Below the pieces are notes generated by a model. That model saw only the letters and a program-made list of their open reading frames with translations. It did no database searches and was not told the DNA's origin. Shown here one piece after another: positions 36,701 to 51,411 of a stretch of 64,000 nt of DNA (position 1 is its first letter; each line of letters opens with the position of its first letter). The position numbers were made by a program, and so were the translations under genes. This DNA is from Octopus sinensis (lineage: Eukaryota), in NCBI RefSeq assembly GCF_006345805.1, contig NC_042998.1, forward strand, positions 152,830,001 to 152,894,000, written 5' to 3'.

Positions 36701-36760
36701 TAAATACATTAATAACGAGGGGGCAGTCATAATAATATATATATATATATATATATATAT

Positions 36761-39155
36761 TATTATGACTGCTCCCTCGTTATCGAGTATGGCCATTGCG
36801 CGAAGCTTAACTGTTACTGGTGCTGTGATCGAATGTGACTTTTTAGCCCAGCTAAAGATCTACAATGTCTTGTACAGAATTGGCAACTAAAACCTTTACT
36901 GGTAATAGCCGGCTGTAGTTGTAACTGGGCTTCATGTACCTTTGCATGTCGTTTAAGCCCTCCTGCCGAATTACACTCTCTTCCACATGCCCGACAGATA
37001 TGATTAGTATGGTGTGTTACACCACCACCAGTGGCCAGGTTGTCACTCATCTGTCTTGTTTTATGACTACAAAGATGACTCTTGAGTCCAGCTTTGCTGA
37101 GGCAGGGTCTTACACAGACACTGCTTGTCAGCATCATAGGAAGACCCTTCCCATCTGGAAGTGTAAGAGCGATGCCCTTCCTGACATCCCTCCTTATTTT
37201 CTCATGTGCCACTCGAGATTTCTCAAAAGTGGCTGTCCCCTCATGCACAATCCTTCTCCACCTGCTACAATCAATAGCTATGCCTTCCCATGTGTCAGGA
37301 GAGATGCAAGCATCTCTTAAGGAAGCTTTCAGCAAGTCCTTATACCTCTTTTTTGGTTTATGTGGAGGTCATTCTCCTTTAGCTAACTCTCCATAAAAGA
37401 GTTGTTATGGCATGCTTGAATCCTTCATTCTGACCAGATGACCACTGCATCTGAGCCTTTGCTTTAACCCAAAAGCTTCTATACTTTCACACCAAGAGCC
37501 TTCCAATATTTCAAGATCACTGATGCGGTCCTTCCACTTAATGTCATAGATCCGTCTGAGGCACATCTGATGGAAACGTTCCAGTTGTTTAAGGTGGTAT
37601 CGATATGTGACCCACGTCTCGCAGGCATAGAGAAGAGAAGGGAGTACACATGCCTTGTACACCTTTATCTTTGTCTTTCTACATATGTCTTGCTGACTCC
37701 AGAGGCGTTTTTCTAGCCTTCCGAAAGCAACACTTGCTTTCCTAATTCTATATGGAATTTCATCGTCCAAATTGCTATATCTATTAATAGTGCTTCCCAG
37801 GTAGACAAACTGATCAAATACATCAAGTTGTTTACCATACACATAGATATTTGGTACACTATACTGCTTACCAGGGGCAGGTTGATGCATGACAACAGTT
37901 TTTTTGAGATTGAGTGTCAATCCTAAGGCAGTGCAAACATCAGAGAATGCATTCAAAATGTGTTGCATATCAATCTCTGTGTGTGCTACTAGCTCACAAT
38001 CATCTGCATACAAAAGGTCTCTTATGATAGAGGTAAAAACCTTTGTTTTTGCAGCAAGGCGACTGATATGCTGCCAGAGGTTCGATAATGGATGTAAACA
38101 CCGTATCCACAGTTTCTGAATGCAATACAGAGCACCATCACGAAATATATGGAAAATAGGGTCGGTGCCAGAATATCCCTCTATTTCACTCCATTTTGTA
38201 TTGAAATGGGCTCTGATATTTTCCTTCTAACATTCACCCTACCATTCATGTCTTCATGAAAAGACCTAACCAAAGCAAGGAACTTTTCAGGATGCCCAAG
38301 TTTCTGGAGGACTTTCCACAATGCTGTTCTATTGACGGTATCAAAGGCTTTTGTCAGATCGACAAAAACCTGATACAAATCCAGACCCTGTTCCACACAC
38401 TTTTCCTGAAGCTGTCTAACTGAAAAGACTGCTGATTCAAAAGTTCATCAAAGCGTTCTTGCCACCTTCGCAGAATTCCTTGTGAATCACGAAGTTCTTT
38501 ACCATCTCTGCTTCAAAGTGGTGTCATCAGGGAAGACGTCGGTCCATAAACTTCTTGCTAGAGACCATACAACAGCTTTGTGTTATTGGAATCTGATGCC
38601 GCTTGTATCTCATCAGCCTTCTTACTCCACCACGTATCCCTCATCTGAGAGAGCCTTTGCCTCACACGTGATTTTACATCCTTGAGTTCCCTATGCAACA
38701 CTTCCTTTCTTGTCGCTTTGCTGACAAATAGCGTGACAAAGTACGTCTTTTATCAGCCAATAAAACATCTATATGTTCATCATTTTCCTTAAACTAATCT
38801 TGATGCTTTCTTTGTATCAATCCCAGAAGTTTCTTGCCTATATCATAAACTGATTTGTTAAGGATTAGCCAATCCTCCCCAATATCTGCAGCATTCATTT
38901 CCTCTCGTAAAGTTCTCTTCATGCTATTATACCTAAGATGATCAACATTCAGTCTTTTAGGCAGGGTAATCCCTGCAGCTCGGATTTTATGTTTTGTGAC
39001 TAATTTCACTTTTGCGTACTAGGCGGTGGTCAGTCCAACACTCAGCTCCATGAAGAACGCGAACACACTGCACATCCTGTCTGTCACGCACCGTAACTAG
39101 GATGTAATCCAGAATATGCCATTCTTTAGATGCAGGGTGCATCCATGTAGTCTTA
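36761..39155 (-). mobile_element. 5'-truncated BovB-like RTE with an internal deletion and three C-terminal C2H2-like motifs
   Basis: VFVDLTKAFDTV, MYADDCEL, FVYLGST, RCSGHLVRM, WHILDYILV; tail dissolves into (TA)n. Confidence 0.9.
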
Positions 39156-39157
39156 AG

Positions 39158-39210
<53 letters not shown>

Positions 39211-39289
39211 TTGGATCAGTAGAAATGTTTGTAGTATTTTCTAAGTAAAATTCTATAATATTTAGACGGTTATACATACCTTTACTCAA

Positions 39290-40400
39290 CCACATATTTC
39301 CTGTTTTGTTCCACTACCTTTTCACATCTTTGAGGCAGCTTCATGATCCCATTCTCCCAGAATTTGGCATCATTTTAGCTTAGGAACTGGTTGAAGTAGT
39401 TTTTAAATTCTTTTAAAGAATTAAAGTTAAGCAAATTTAGCAGGGATTGGAATAAATGATAATTTGAAGGCACAAGGTCAGATGAGTATGGTGGCTGGGG
39501 TAGGACATCCCATTCAAAGAAACATGTGGTCTAGCGTTGTCCTGATGTAAGATGACACCCTTTTGCTTGGCCAATTCTGGATGTTTTTCATCAATAGCCT
39601 CCTTTAATTGGTCTAATTGGGAATAATATTAGTCTGAATTTAGTGTCTGATTTTATAGAAGTAGCTTGTAATACACAATGCCCTTCAAATCCCACCAGAT
39701 ACAGAGCGTTGCCTTCTTTGAATACAGACCAGTTTTTGGAGAGACTGAAGGTAGTTATCTCATTTTTCCCATGACCTTTTTCATTTTATGTTGTTGTAAA
39801 TAATCTACTTCTCAGAATGTGACTATTTTTTTCAAAAATGGATAATTTTTGTTTCGTCTGAGCAGAGGATCACAGTTGGAAGTGTGCTTTATTAAGTTTT
39901 TTTCTGTTAAGTTATGAAGCACCTAAACATCATAGCAGTTCGTGTAACTGTTTTTAAATGCTTAATAACACTCACATGAGATATAGGGGGAGTCTCTGCG
40001 ATGTATGACATAAACTATTTTATATTAAAGTCTCAATTTGTTCATTATCAACAATTGTAGGCCTGCTGGAATGATCACGATCTTCCAGGTCAAACTTTTT
40101 CATCAATAACCTCCTTTAATTGGTCTAATTGGGAATAATATTAGTCTGATTTTATGGAAGTAGCTTGTAATACACAATGCCCTTGTGTTATAGAGTGTTA
40201 TAGCGAACCACTTATGAGTAGTACTTTCAGCTATGACACCATCTGTGCAACATTTTTGCCTTTCCAGAAATAAAAAAAACATTAAACAATGAAAATGTAT
40301 TTCATTTTTCTTCACTTCCAATTCTATTGTAAGAACAGTAGATGTAAATAATGCACGCAAAACTCCAAATAGAAACATGCATTGAGGTCTACCCTTCCAG
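39290..40400 (-). mobile_element. Degenerate mariner transposase with an internal duplication
   Basis: EVKKNEIHF..DGVIAESTTHKWF N-terminus; QLDQLKEAIDEKHPELAKQKGVILHQDNARPH; 39595-39690 duplicated at 40100-40185. Confidence 0.8.
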
Positions 40401-40449
40401 AAAAAAAAAATATATATGTTATATACTTCTATCACATGATAAAACAAAT

Positions 40450-40650
40450 CATGTGATTAAACATCACCAATTGAAAAAACGCTATGTACTATTTTACCAA
40501 CCCACATTCACATTGTCCTGACAGACTGTTGAACAACAGTAAACTTTGGGCCCACAAGGACACCCACAACTATTTTGACATAACAATGAAGGCGAGCAAC
40601 TCAGTCAAAATTAGTGACCTCATGGGATGCTACCTGCTCCATTGACTCTA
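40450..40650 (+). mobile_element. PLE reverse-transcriptase fragment
   Basis: YFDITMKASNSVKISDLMGCYLL parallels FFDITMRSPDSAEMTDLVGIYLL at 56339-56521. Confidence 0.6.
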
Positions 40651-40999
40651 TGTATATATATATATGTGTGTGTGCAGGCATGGCTGTGTAGTAAGAAGCT
40701 TGCTTCCCAACCACATGGTTCTGGGTTCAGTCCCACTGCATGGCACCTTGGGTAAGTGTTATCTACAATAGCCTTGGGCCAAACAAAATCATGGCTGGTT
40801 GCTGACAGATTTTTCTGCTCTGTAAGGATTTTATCCTATATATGCTGTGCTATATATAGAATGATATGATAACAAAAGGATAAAATTTCTTTGAATACTT
40901 TTTGAGTATATACCAAATTTTACAATAGAGGGAGGAAAAGAAATTACATAGAGATAGTCTAATATTTATACAAATTATTTATCTAAATATTAACTTATT

Positions 41000-41800
41000 A
41001 GATGTTATCTATGGAGATTGATCAATAGGATTTTACTGATATTTAATAAAGGTGTATTGAGGCTAAAGAACATGTTAACTATATACTAATTTAATTAAAT
41101 TAAATTATTTTAAGTTGTGGAGATACCGGTATTGTTTTATATAAACTAAGTATGAATTTATAGGGGTACAAAAATTCGATTTATTAAAGGTTATTATAAA
41201 ATAATAAAATGATCAGGTAGGGTGGAGCATCATAGAAAAGGAATAAAGAAAGCCTAATTACTAAAACTATAATAAAGTATATATACTTTATTAACATCAA
41301 TAGAGAAGATTTATAGAAAATGTGTAATAATTTAATTATTATGAACTAAATGTCGTTTATTAACTTATTTAGCTTATTTCAATCAAGACTGATACCCGGT
41401 ATTGGTTAAAAGAATATTGATGTTATAGGACATACTAATTATATACTACTTTTAAATTAAAAGGTATAATATACGTTTTAAATGTTATCAGTGTTAATCC
41501 ATACATGATATTACAGTTTCTTAGGGGTACTTAATTGGAAGGGCTACTTGTATAAAGGCCAATATAAATACTAAGATCAGGAGGGTGGAACACTTTAAGA
41601 AAGGGATAAATAAAGTAATTACTAAAACTATTAAAAGCAATATAGCCATATTGTATAAAGTTAAAATCTAGGGTTATCAAGAAGATTTAGCACTGAGGCG
41701 AAAGAACAAATTAACTATTTTTCAATTCAATTTTAATCAAAGCAATTTAATTTTAAGTTGTGAAGATACCCATACTGTTTTATATATAAGCTAAGTATGA
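41000..41800. repeat. Old AT-rich diverged duplications
   Basis: ttaagttgtggagatacc..taagtatga at ~41110 and ~41755; gatcagg..ggtgga..taattactaaaacta at ~41210 and ~41575. Confidence 0.55.
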
Positions 41801-41859
41801 TTTAGGCTCTGGGATTGTAATTCCCTGGGGACTAGTGTACCCTGTAAGTTTTATATTCA

Positions 41860-43865
41860 GTTTTGGATGCTATGCGTAGGGCTTGATTGCATGCAGCAAG
41901 GTCTCTCGGGAAAAAAATTTTGCTTTTGTCGTTATAATGCAACAGGCCCCCAATATTTAGTAAAAATATTAGCGTGACGACTGTGCAGGCATTAGGGGAG
42001 GCCACTGTGTGTCTGTTAATTGTGGTGGTCTTGCACAGTGGTGGGCAAAGTTCCCCCAAATTTCTTCTCACCTCTAGGGTTTTGGATTCCATTGGAGTCT
42101 CCATATTCGAGTTATGTTTTTTGTTTATGGTTTGGGGTTTCGGTTTTAGTTATTTCATGTTTTCCTTTTCCTTTTTCTCCACTTCCTTCTTTATGTTTGA
42201 GCTCGTGTTCTTTCCTTCCTTTTCTTGTGATAGCATTTGCATTCCTCTGGTTGTCGAATGGAGTGAGGACTCTGTTCCTTTGTGCAGAGAGGCTTCTGGT
42301 GGCTGCTTCCTTAGCTTCCCTATCCATATCAGCCAGGTCATTCAGAGGGGTGGGAGATCCATTCTTTAGAGGAACCACTGGATCAAAGAGATTTCTGGTT
42401 TTTGTTTTGTTTTCCCTATCCTTATTAGCCTCGCCACAGTAGTTTTCCATGATGACATCAAGAATCTCAATGTATGGTATAATAAGGACATAGGATCAGA
42501 TGAATTCATTTTTCTTCCACTCTATCTGATCAATGGTTCTACAGAAGGCATTGTTCTTCAGTGCAGCAGTGATGATGTTGTTTGGCGGATTGCCGCTAGC
42601 AACCATCCATGCTTGCAACAGAAGATTCAATTCTTTGCTTTCCTACTTTGGTGCCATCTTCATTTTCTAAGCCCAGTAGGGGAGGAAAGGATAGAGAGGA
42701 AGTGAGAGAGACAGAGAGAGGTAGGGAAGAAAGATAGAGGGAGGAACAGGGAAAGAGAGGATATGAAGGAAAGAGAGAGAGTGATATGAAGAAACAGAAA
42801 GGGGGTGTGGAGTGATAGTGAGACAGAGGGATGGAGAGGAGGGGAAAGGAGACACAGAGTGAGGGAGAGGAGGGGAAGAGAAAGAAAGACAGTGAGGAAG
42901 AGAGGAGAGAATGAAGGATGTGAGAGAAAAGGAGACGGAGTGAGGAGAGGGGGAAATGAGAACTATATGAGGGAGAGGGTGAGGTGACAGGGGGAGAAGT
43001 AGATGTAGAGAGAGACAAAGGAAGGGAAAGAGAAGTGAGAAAAGGAGGAAGATATGAAAGAGAGGGAGAGATGAGAAAAAGAGGAAGATATGGAAGCGAG
43101 AGTGAGAGAGGTAAGTGCAAAGAGAAGATAAAGGGAAGGAGAGAGAAGCAGAAAAGGGAGGAAGATATGTAAGAGAAGGAGAGAGGAAGAGGTAGGTATG
43201 AAAGAGAGAGGGGAGCAAGTAATGAAGATATAAAGGAAAGAGAAAAATAAAAGGTATAAATTTAGATGGGCACTGTAAAAATTGATGGAGTGAAAAAAAC
43301 AATAGTCAAAAAAGAAAGTGGTTTCATAATGAATTTGCTACCGTAAATTTTTCAAATAGAATGTAAAATGAAAAGGTCGCTGTAACAAAAAGTTGAATGA
43401 AAAAATATAGTGATAGATGTTTCATAACAAATTCGCTACCGTAAATACTCAGAATGTAAACAAGCAATGTCTCATCCAGTATTACCAAAGATAAAAGAAA
43501 TAAACAAAATGAGTAGGATACTTATTCCCAAGAGGTAAAATTCCAATCCTTGTTCTTGTAGGAAGAAGTTTTGTTTCAAAAAATGTTTTATTCTTACATG
43601 CAGGCACAAATGAAATTATAATTTATCACCATGCACTTTCTTCGAGAATAACTCTGGCTTACGTCACTGACTTTAATGTAGTATATTAAACTTTTAGTGT
43701 AATATATTACTTTTTTTACCGATATATTATAGTGGACCATTATGAAATAACAAGTACAATGTTTTTTGTCAGTTTTAGTAGCTTTTTTCATTGATTAAGG
43801 GAATCCTTCTTGGTTGTTTCAGGAGCACAAAAAAGCATGTCTTTACACAGCAAAACCAGAAGCAG
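41860..43865 (-). mobile_element. Degenerate third member (copy C) of the trihelix-ORF1 LINE family, 3'-truncated
   Basis: Minus translation MAPK*ESKELNLLLQAWMVA..NNIITAALKNNAFCRTIDQIEWKK..SYVLI matches the ORF1 N-terminus; IFLLNIGGLL..RDLAACNQAL matches the ORF2 start; GA-rich (minus-strand CT-rich) leader at 42675-43255. The 5' limit is uncertain. Confidence 0.75.
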
Positions 43866-45509
43866 TATATATACATATATATGTGAGTGTATATATATAT
43901 CTATATATGTGTGTGTGTGTGTCTGGTCAGATTGAAGCAATCTTGAGTATAACCAGCTGAAATTGCAAAGATAATCTGGAACTCGACTGAGGATAGAAAA
44001 CTCTGAATAACCTGCTTTTGGTTTCTTTGTATCGTCTGTCGGGATGTTTTGCGTTCTTGTACCATTTTTGTATTTTTATGTGTACCATTTTTGTATTTTT
44101 ATGTGTGTGTGTATATATATATAAAATATAATTCTGCTTGTTCTTGTCTGTCTTTTCCATGTATTACATGTACATCATCAAGGGAAGTTATAACTTGAAT
44201 GAACAAATGTTTATATAGAAAGAGAGAGGATGAGGAGAAAAGACAGCAACAAAGAAAAAGAAAACAAAGAGGGAAAATTTGAATCAGTGAAAAAATATGA
44301 AACTGAGAGAGAGAGTGGGCGAGAGGTCTATACAGGGAGAGTGAAGGGGAGGTAGAAGGTCTATATTATTCTGCATTTGTTTATTAAAAATGGAAGTGTG
44401 ATCAAAATGTTTAAACATAATGAAACAATGTCATGAAGATCTACATATTTACGCTTTAAAAGGCATATCAATAAATTAAATTGAAGTGAAATAAACTTAG
44501 CAAATAGCTATGGAAGTTACACTTTTATCTTTTACATGTTCCAAACATGGTCATGCTGGGGCAATGCTGTTATTCATTTAATTTTGTGATTAGGTTTAAA
44601 TGTTTATCGGTATTATGAAAGTAAGCAGATACACACATTGGCAGAAGGGAAAGTAGATATGATAATTACGTAGACAGAGGTAGGCAGGCAGAAATGTGGT
44701 TAGGTAGGTAGGTAGGCCTACCAATATATCAAAAGTTATGCAAATAGTGATATATTAATTGATATACAAATAGATAGATTGCAGAACTGAAGTGAAATGA
44801 AAAGAAATGAAAATATTCTGTACTGGCAAATAACTAGGACTGAGTCTTGTTGGGGGTTGAAAGGTAAACAGTGAAGTTTGTTTCCATATTTTCAGTTTTT
44901 TAAATTTCCTCACTTAAAGCTTGTGCTTTAATGCAATTAATTATTGCCTGTTCGATTGAAACATTCATTTAAAGTGTAAACAATGATAGATGACATTAGC
45001 TAAAAAGTGAAAGAATGAAAAGGATTATTCTTCAAAAAATCAACATGTACTATATGTAGGACCCACTTCAATAACCGGTGCATAAGAAAGAATGTGCTTC
45101 CCAATACTTTGCCCGAAATGACCCCAGCTTTCATTTCATTTCACAAAGAGTCAGTTCCTTGTAAGGCTGTCCTACTCTGACAATAAATGACGCATTGGGA
45201 CAGACATTTAACAAAATTGTAAAAAATAAACATTTAATATATATGAATAAGTTTCATCTTTTTAATTCATCTTTTATTTCCTTAAACTATAAAGCACATC
45301 ATATCTGTCAAAGATATTACAAAGAGGTAAATAAGCAACACTGAAAGAAGTTTTTGAAACTCCTTGCTTGTATTTAATATACTAATATAATGTTTTCAAA
45401 TGTGCTGACTTACACTGTGGAATTTCCATGGGTCCTGCCAGTATATATAAATGTTTATATTTATAAATAATGTTTTTTTAAACTTTTACTTCTTTCAATC
45501 ATTGGATTA

Positions 45510-45790
45510 TGGATATTCCAGGGCACTGCCTTTTAGGGTTTAGTCGAGAAAATCAACCCTAGTACCTATTTTCAAGTCTGTACATATTCTGTCAGCCACC
45601 TTTGCTGAATTACTAAACCAAGGGGCTATAAACAAACCAACACCAGTTGTAGGGGAGAGGACAAAATAAACACAAAGACACACACACATAAAGGCATGTG
45701 CACGACTTTGTAGAAAGCACATGGTTTGGGTACAGTCTATGTGGCATCATGGGCAAGTGTCTTGTACTATAGCCCTGCACTGACTAATGC
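45510..45790 (-). mobile_element. Degenerate SINE
   Basis: gggcaagtgtcttgtactatagcc core and ttttagggtttagtcgag..agtacc tail-type sequence. Orientation is mixed. Confidence 0.5.
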
Positions 45791-46299
45791 CTGGAATTAC
45801 TTTTCTATCATTTCCTGAGAAGTATTGACTTTTAAATATTCCATTTAACTCAAGAGGAAAAGCTTTATTTCAAGAATAACATCTATAATTAATTTTTTTC
45901 AAAGAGATGCAGAAAAATTTTGAAGAGCAACCTTTGTAATTAACTAACAGTAATTTTAGCTCAAAAGAGATGAAAGGCTATATTGACTAAAGTAGAATAC
46001 AATTAAAGATATAAGCATTTAAAATTGCATTTACTTTATTTGAAATGTGTCCCACAACATATATTCTTAAAACAACCATCTTAAAGCACTTCCATCTTTC
46101 TCTATATGATACCTTTAGTATTTCTTTCAAACTGAAGGTTCTCCACATTTCAATTTATTGAGACAAAGGACAGAACTCTATTTTCTTCAGTTTGGGTAGG
46201 TAATAAGAGTTTCTATTTCTATTTAATCAAGTGTTAGCAGTGGGAAGGTCAACTAACTGTAAAGAAATTACTCTGATAGTATACAAATATATATATATT

Positions 46300-47650
46300 C
46301 ATAAGAACCATAACTCCATGCTATAATAGGAAAAGGCTTGTAAAACAATTCTCTGATTCACAAACAGATCCTATCATCGCCACATCTCCTTCTTATCAAT
46401 GGGTGTCTTCCGATACTCTTATATACTTTATTGCCATCTATTTACAGAGCCAGATCTACTTAAAACTTACTTATATATGTCACTCATCAGTGGATTTTAA
46501 TTCCAGGAAACTTCAACAAAAGCAATGTGGAAGTACCAGGTATCAGGAAAGACCTGAGCTGTATTTAGCACAACAAAATTCTTGGTAAGCTGTCTACCTG
46601 TAGTGTACATTCATTTTATTTATCAAACTGGAAGCTTGCTATTAGACTGAACTAATACAATGACAGTTTCTCTCCAACACACACAATACTGATGTACTCA
46701 AAAGTTTGGTAATGTTTCCATATTCTTCTATTTAAACATTAAAGACCTGCTTACTGCACCTTTTAACAATGCATATTTCTATAGAAATGAAACTACTCCA
46801 TAAACAGGTGTCATCAACATACAATCTAAACTCTTCCTGATACATACAGATATGAATTTTCTCTGTGAGCATTGGCCTAGATATGATCAGCCAGTCTCTT
46901 TCAATTGCACTGCACAATTAAGGAAACAGACTTGAGCTTCAGTACCTCTATACACAGACACACAACTAAGACTTTCAAAATCATTAAAAATGCTAGGCTT
47001 CAAAATCTTTGATAAAGTTTTGGTCCCAAAACTATATTCCTCTATAGAAGTAGGAAATACATCAATCTCCAACAAGCTGCTGACCTTCTATAAATCTTAA
47101 GTAAGATCCACTCTAGAGTACTCCTCACATCTAAAATAAGGCTACTGAATTGATTGGTAAAAATTCCTTTGCAAAAATACCACAATCATTAGCTCACTGA
47201 TGTGTTTGCCTCTCTTTATCCTTAGATGTACAACTATCTGAGGACATTTTTTCTGCAAAAATTAAGTTACAAAACCTGAACATTAACTGCCTCAATCATG
47301 TTAGTATGAAAAGACCTTGAAGGTCATAGGTAATATCTTTCCTTACTCTGATGAAATTATTTAAAAATCTAACCCAACCCTTTTCATTATTTAGACATTT
47401 AATCATGTGGTGAAAGGTGAGCAAGGGGCAGTAAGTTTGGGTACACCGGAGCTTTTCTCATTTGCTGACATACAGATGTTCTAAATAGGGATTCCCTGAA
47501 GATACCATACTTTAACATCTGAGTGGTAGACTTAATCTGTTGCTCAGTCTAGCACCACCCAATGGCCTTGTGCACATTTAGTAATGTCATCTCTGTTACA
47601 AGCATTCAGAAAAGAGATCTGGCCTAGGGAAAACTTCCTCCCTTCCACTC
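46300..47650 (-). pseudogene. Highly decayed LINE reverse transcriptase
   Basis: FRLYVDDTCL in ORF 46732-46917. Boundaries are poorly defined. Confidence 0.45.
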
Positions 47651-47697
47651 CTCAATCTAAGGGGCTGTAGAAAGGTTCGAGGGTATTGCCTTTCTTC

Positions 47698-47802
<105 letters not shown>

Positions 47803-47849
47803 GACTATAACCTAAATTATTTCCCTCATTCTTGGCAGAAATGTTTGCA

Positions 47850-48980
47850 TACAATGCATGGAGAAATATTAGAATAAAAACATCTCTGGTAGGGCAATAT
47901 CACACAACATTGACATTTCAGCATTCAAAGAGTTTTAATTTGCAGAAAAATTTAAGGTATGATAAAAAGAACTCTAGATATAACTTTTTAAGTGTTAGAC
48001 AATATATAGAGCAACAAATAAAGAGATTGTATTCACTTTGCAGTAGAAGAAATCCTTATTATTGGTTGGTAGAGTTTCCTAGTACAATGAACAAGAAGTG
48101 CACAATCATAAAACTTCCTTTATAATTTTGAGTATAACAACTTGTCATTATCAGGGGCTATACCCCAACCACAGCAACTTCAGATACAGTGAAGGCCAGA
48201 TTCTAACAGAAACTTCATTATTGTTAGATCAACTGAATGAAAGAGCAGGCATTGACAACACCTCTTGTGAAATGTTTGAAAGTAAGTATTCTTAATGTTG
48301 ATTCAGAAACTAGAATGCAACAAAATGTTGACAAGTTTTCTACTATCTGTAAAAACTCGTTTTACCATTAGTACAAAGAAGACTAAATTAATGCATTAGC
48401 TGGCCTCAGAGAAATCTTTTATTGAACCCCAACATTACAATCAACTGTCAGAGACAATATTGTGAACAAGTTTACCTATCTTGGCAGTACACAAGTAAAA
48501 AGTGCTCCCAGAGATAAAGAGATTAGCATGAAAGTCATAAGTGTTAATGTGACTTTTGGTAGACTAATCAATAACACTGAAATATGACAAACACCAACCT
48601 GCTGACAGAACCTTTCCTGCTCTTTGATGGAAAAACATGAACCCAGTAGCAACACATTTCTAAACAAGTTAGACATTTCTATCACAACCTGCATTATAAA
48701 ACTAGCAGAAGATTCCAGGCTCTGAGGTAGTTCCGAAACAAGTCTGCTCCGAAGGAACACCATATTGGTGCAAAACTATCTATGATGCACAGAGTAGCAA
48801 CTACTGAAAACTGTTGTGAGGAGGTCAGAAAAGCAAATTAAAGACACACTTAAAGGACCCTTGTGACTATTTCTCATAAAACTTGACATTTCACAGACTA
48901 GATTAAATAATTGTGGAGAAAAACTTTAAATTATATAAGGCCAACAAGATCGCTGCAACTAAGCAACAGAGGCAAGCTAG
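47850..48980 (+). pseudogene. Decayed RTE RT remnant
   Basis: RMQQNVDKFS and VNKFTYLGST (48463-48490) motifs. Confidence 0.6.
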
Positions 48981-51411
48981 ACAACTGGTGTGAACTGAGC
49001 TAACCCCACTAAATTTTTTGTTCATGAATGACCTAAGTGGTCATCATCATGTCAACAGACTAAGAACTAGCTTGTGTGTATCAGGTTTTTCATACATTTA
49101 AAATCAGAGTGTGAAAATAGTAGTAACACATGTACATTCATGCAAGTATATATCTACATGTCCAAGTGGGTGCATAAAAATACTTTATGACAATGGCTAT
49201 TATTAATTCTTAAATAACTGATTGTAAATTTACTTTTGATAGTTCTTATTTCTAAAACTTCTTAATCATTTGATGTTATCAAAGACAATGTGATACAAAT
49301 TATACCAAGCGAAAGCAAACTGTCAGAAGATCAACACTAACAAAGCAAAGATACTTAAATCTTAGTGGCCTACCTATAAATAGGTGCCAAAGGAAATTTG
49401 GTCCTTCATTGTAAGGCATGAAGGTGCACAATGCAAGATGATATTTCAGTACTAGGTTCAATTTTTACTATCTGCCCATAGGATCAAAAAGACATATCAA
49501 AACCAGTTTTCTAAAAATTACTTTAGATTTCTAATCACCCTTTAACTAAGACTTGCAACAGCAAGCCATTGAGATATTGGGGCACTACTAAAGATTTCTG
49601 TTTTTATATATTGTTTTAATCTACTCTTATAAACAAATTTGATAGCCTACAGCCAATGATTATTTCTAGAAAAGGAGAAATGAGAAATTAAAATTCACCA
49701 AAAACTTCAACTTCTTGCTTAGACATACAGCCCCCTCTCTATCATTCACCTCTCATCACCCATTTGTATTCAGTTTTAGATCCCACACTAAAACATTTCT
49801 ACTCAGATCTACCTTCAAAGAACAATACTCTTTTTGAATTCTCTTCCTGCTTATGTTTTCCAGCAGTCAACAAGTTGCAGTTGTTTCAAAAATACCATAC
49901 TAATATCTCTGGTCAAATACATAGTTTCTACCTCCAGTCACAAAAAAAAAGGGGGAGTAACTAAAATGGATAAAGTAATGATGTGTGATACAACATACAA
50001 ATTTTGACTTCTTACTGCAGAATGTTTTCATTTGCTTATATTAATAATATATAGGAATCCAAATAAAAATCAACATGCCTGTTAAAAATTTACCTCTACT
50101 GGCTACAAATCATAACTTGAATCATTTTAAAAGAGAAATCAATGTGGAAAAAATACATGACTTGAGATTTTAGTTACCAAGTTTTATTTTAAACAAATTA
50201 TTGTTAAATGGAATATAAATGAGTTACTTTGTTTTAAATCAAGATAGCCCGACATAACATATTGATGACAAATGACTGAGAGAGAGAAAGATTAAGAGAG
50301 AGGGGGAGAGAGAGGAGAGAGGGGAGAGAGAGAGAGAGAGAGAGAGAGAGTGTTTTTGCTTGTTGCAGAAAAAATTTTTCTATGTTAAAAAAAACACACA
50401 AACAAATTTCAGTCAGTCTTCTCTTTTCAGTGGCAAAATTCATAGGTAGTAAAAAAGAAGCCTGATAGTTTAAGATGTATTTTTATGGAATTATAAAGCA
50501 TGTACAATTCTAAGAAGGAAAAAGAAAGGGGAGAGAGTAACAAAAGTAATGACAATATGTAATAACATACCTATTACTTGAAAGGTTACAGAGAAACCCA
50601 ACACTCTTTGATCTGGAGGAAGAATGGTAACATTTTGGAGACATAAATCACATATAAATGACATAAATGTTTGGAAAAAAACTTTGAGCACCACAGGTAG
50701 GAAGTTAGGTAAATTATGTAATTTGGTGTCATTAAAAAAAAAAACAGAGAAAAAATATTGTGTTACATTACATACTTTGATTAATTTTAGGAGAGATATC
50801 CCTTTTTCTAATAGAAAGAAAATTGTGACTCACAATTCTCTAGAATAACCTGCTGTTAGCAACACATTTCTTCAAACTCAGATTATTTACTTTCTTCTAT
50901 CATTCGCAAAATATTATGGATCATTAAACAACCTATATTTTCATGAATGACATCAACTTACATACTTTATCTAATTTCCTACTTGTGCTGCCCAAAAGCT
51001 TTTTGAAAATTTATATCATTTACACACATTGCAATGCTTCAAGCAAATACAAATCTCAAAAATACATAACATTACCAGTATCAATGATTATCAGAAACAT
51101 GTTGCTTTAGGGACATTAAAATAACACTATTAACAGAAACACTGAATACTCATCTATAACTTTTAGTAAACTTTAATTGTAAGTATGGGAACATTTTTGT
51201 ATTCTTTTCAAGATTTAAATATAGAAAAATATAGAATAAATATAGAAAAATGTGTATTAACTATAAATAATCAAAAAACATTTAAAAATATTTCTTAAAA
51301 TAAAAGCATAACTTATCTTATCCATGAATTTCTGTTAACTAAAAATTTAAATGTAATACGTAGAACTTAGCATTTATAAGAAAATTAAAGTTGGAGGGTG
51401 GTTTATATCTA

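Noticed and set aside
43930-44060. Possible ribozyme-like motif (cagacga..gaaacc) on the minus strand
   Set aside because: The core is non-canonical and I could not build stems I and II.
50571-50612. Possible 42-nt minus-strand micro-exon (cttcctccAG...aatag|GTATGT)
   Set aside because: Good splice sites, but no recognisable ASK or other homology; expected by chance in AT-rich DNA.
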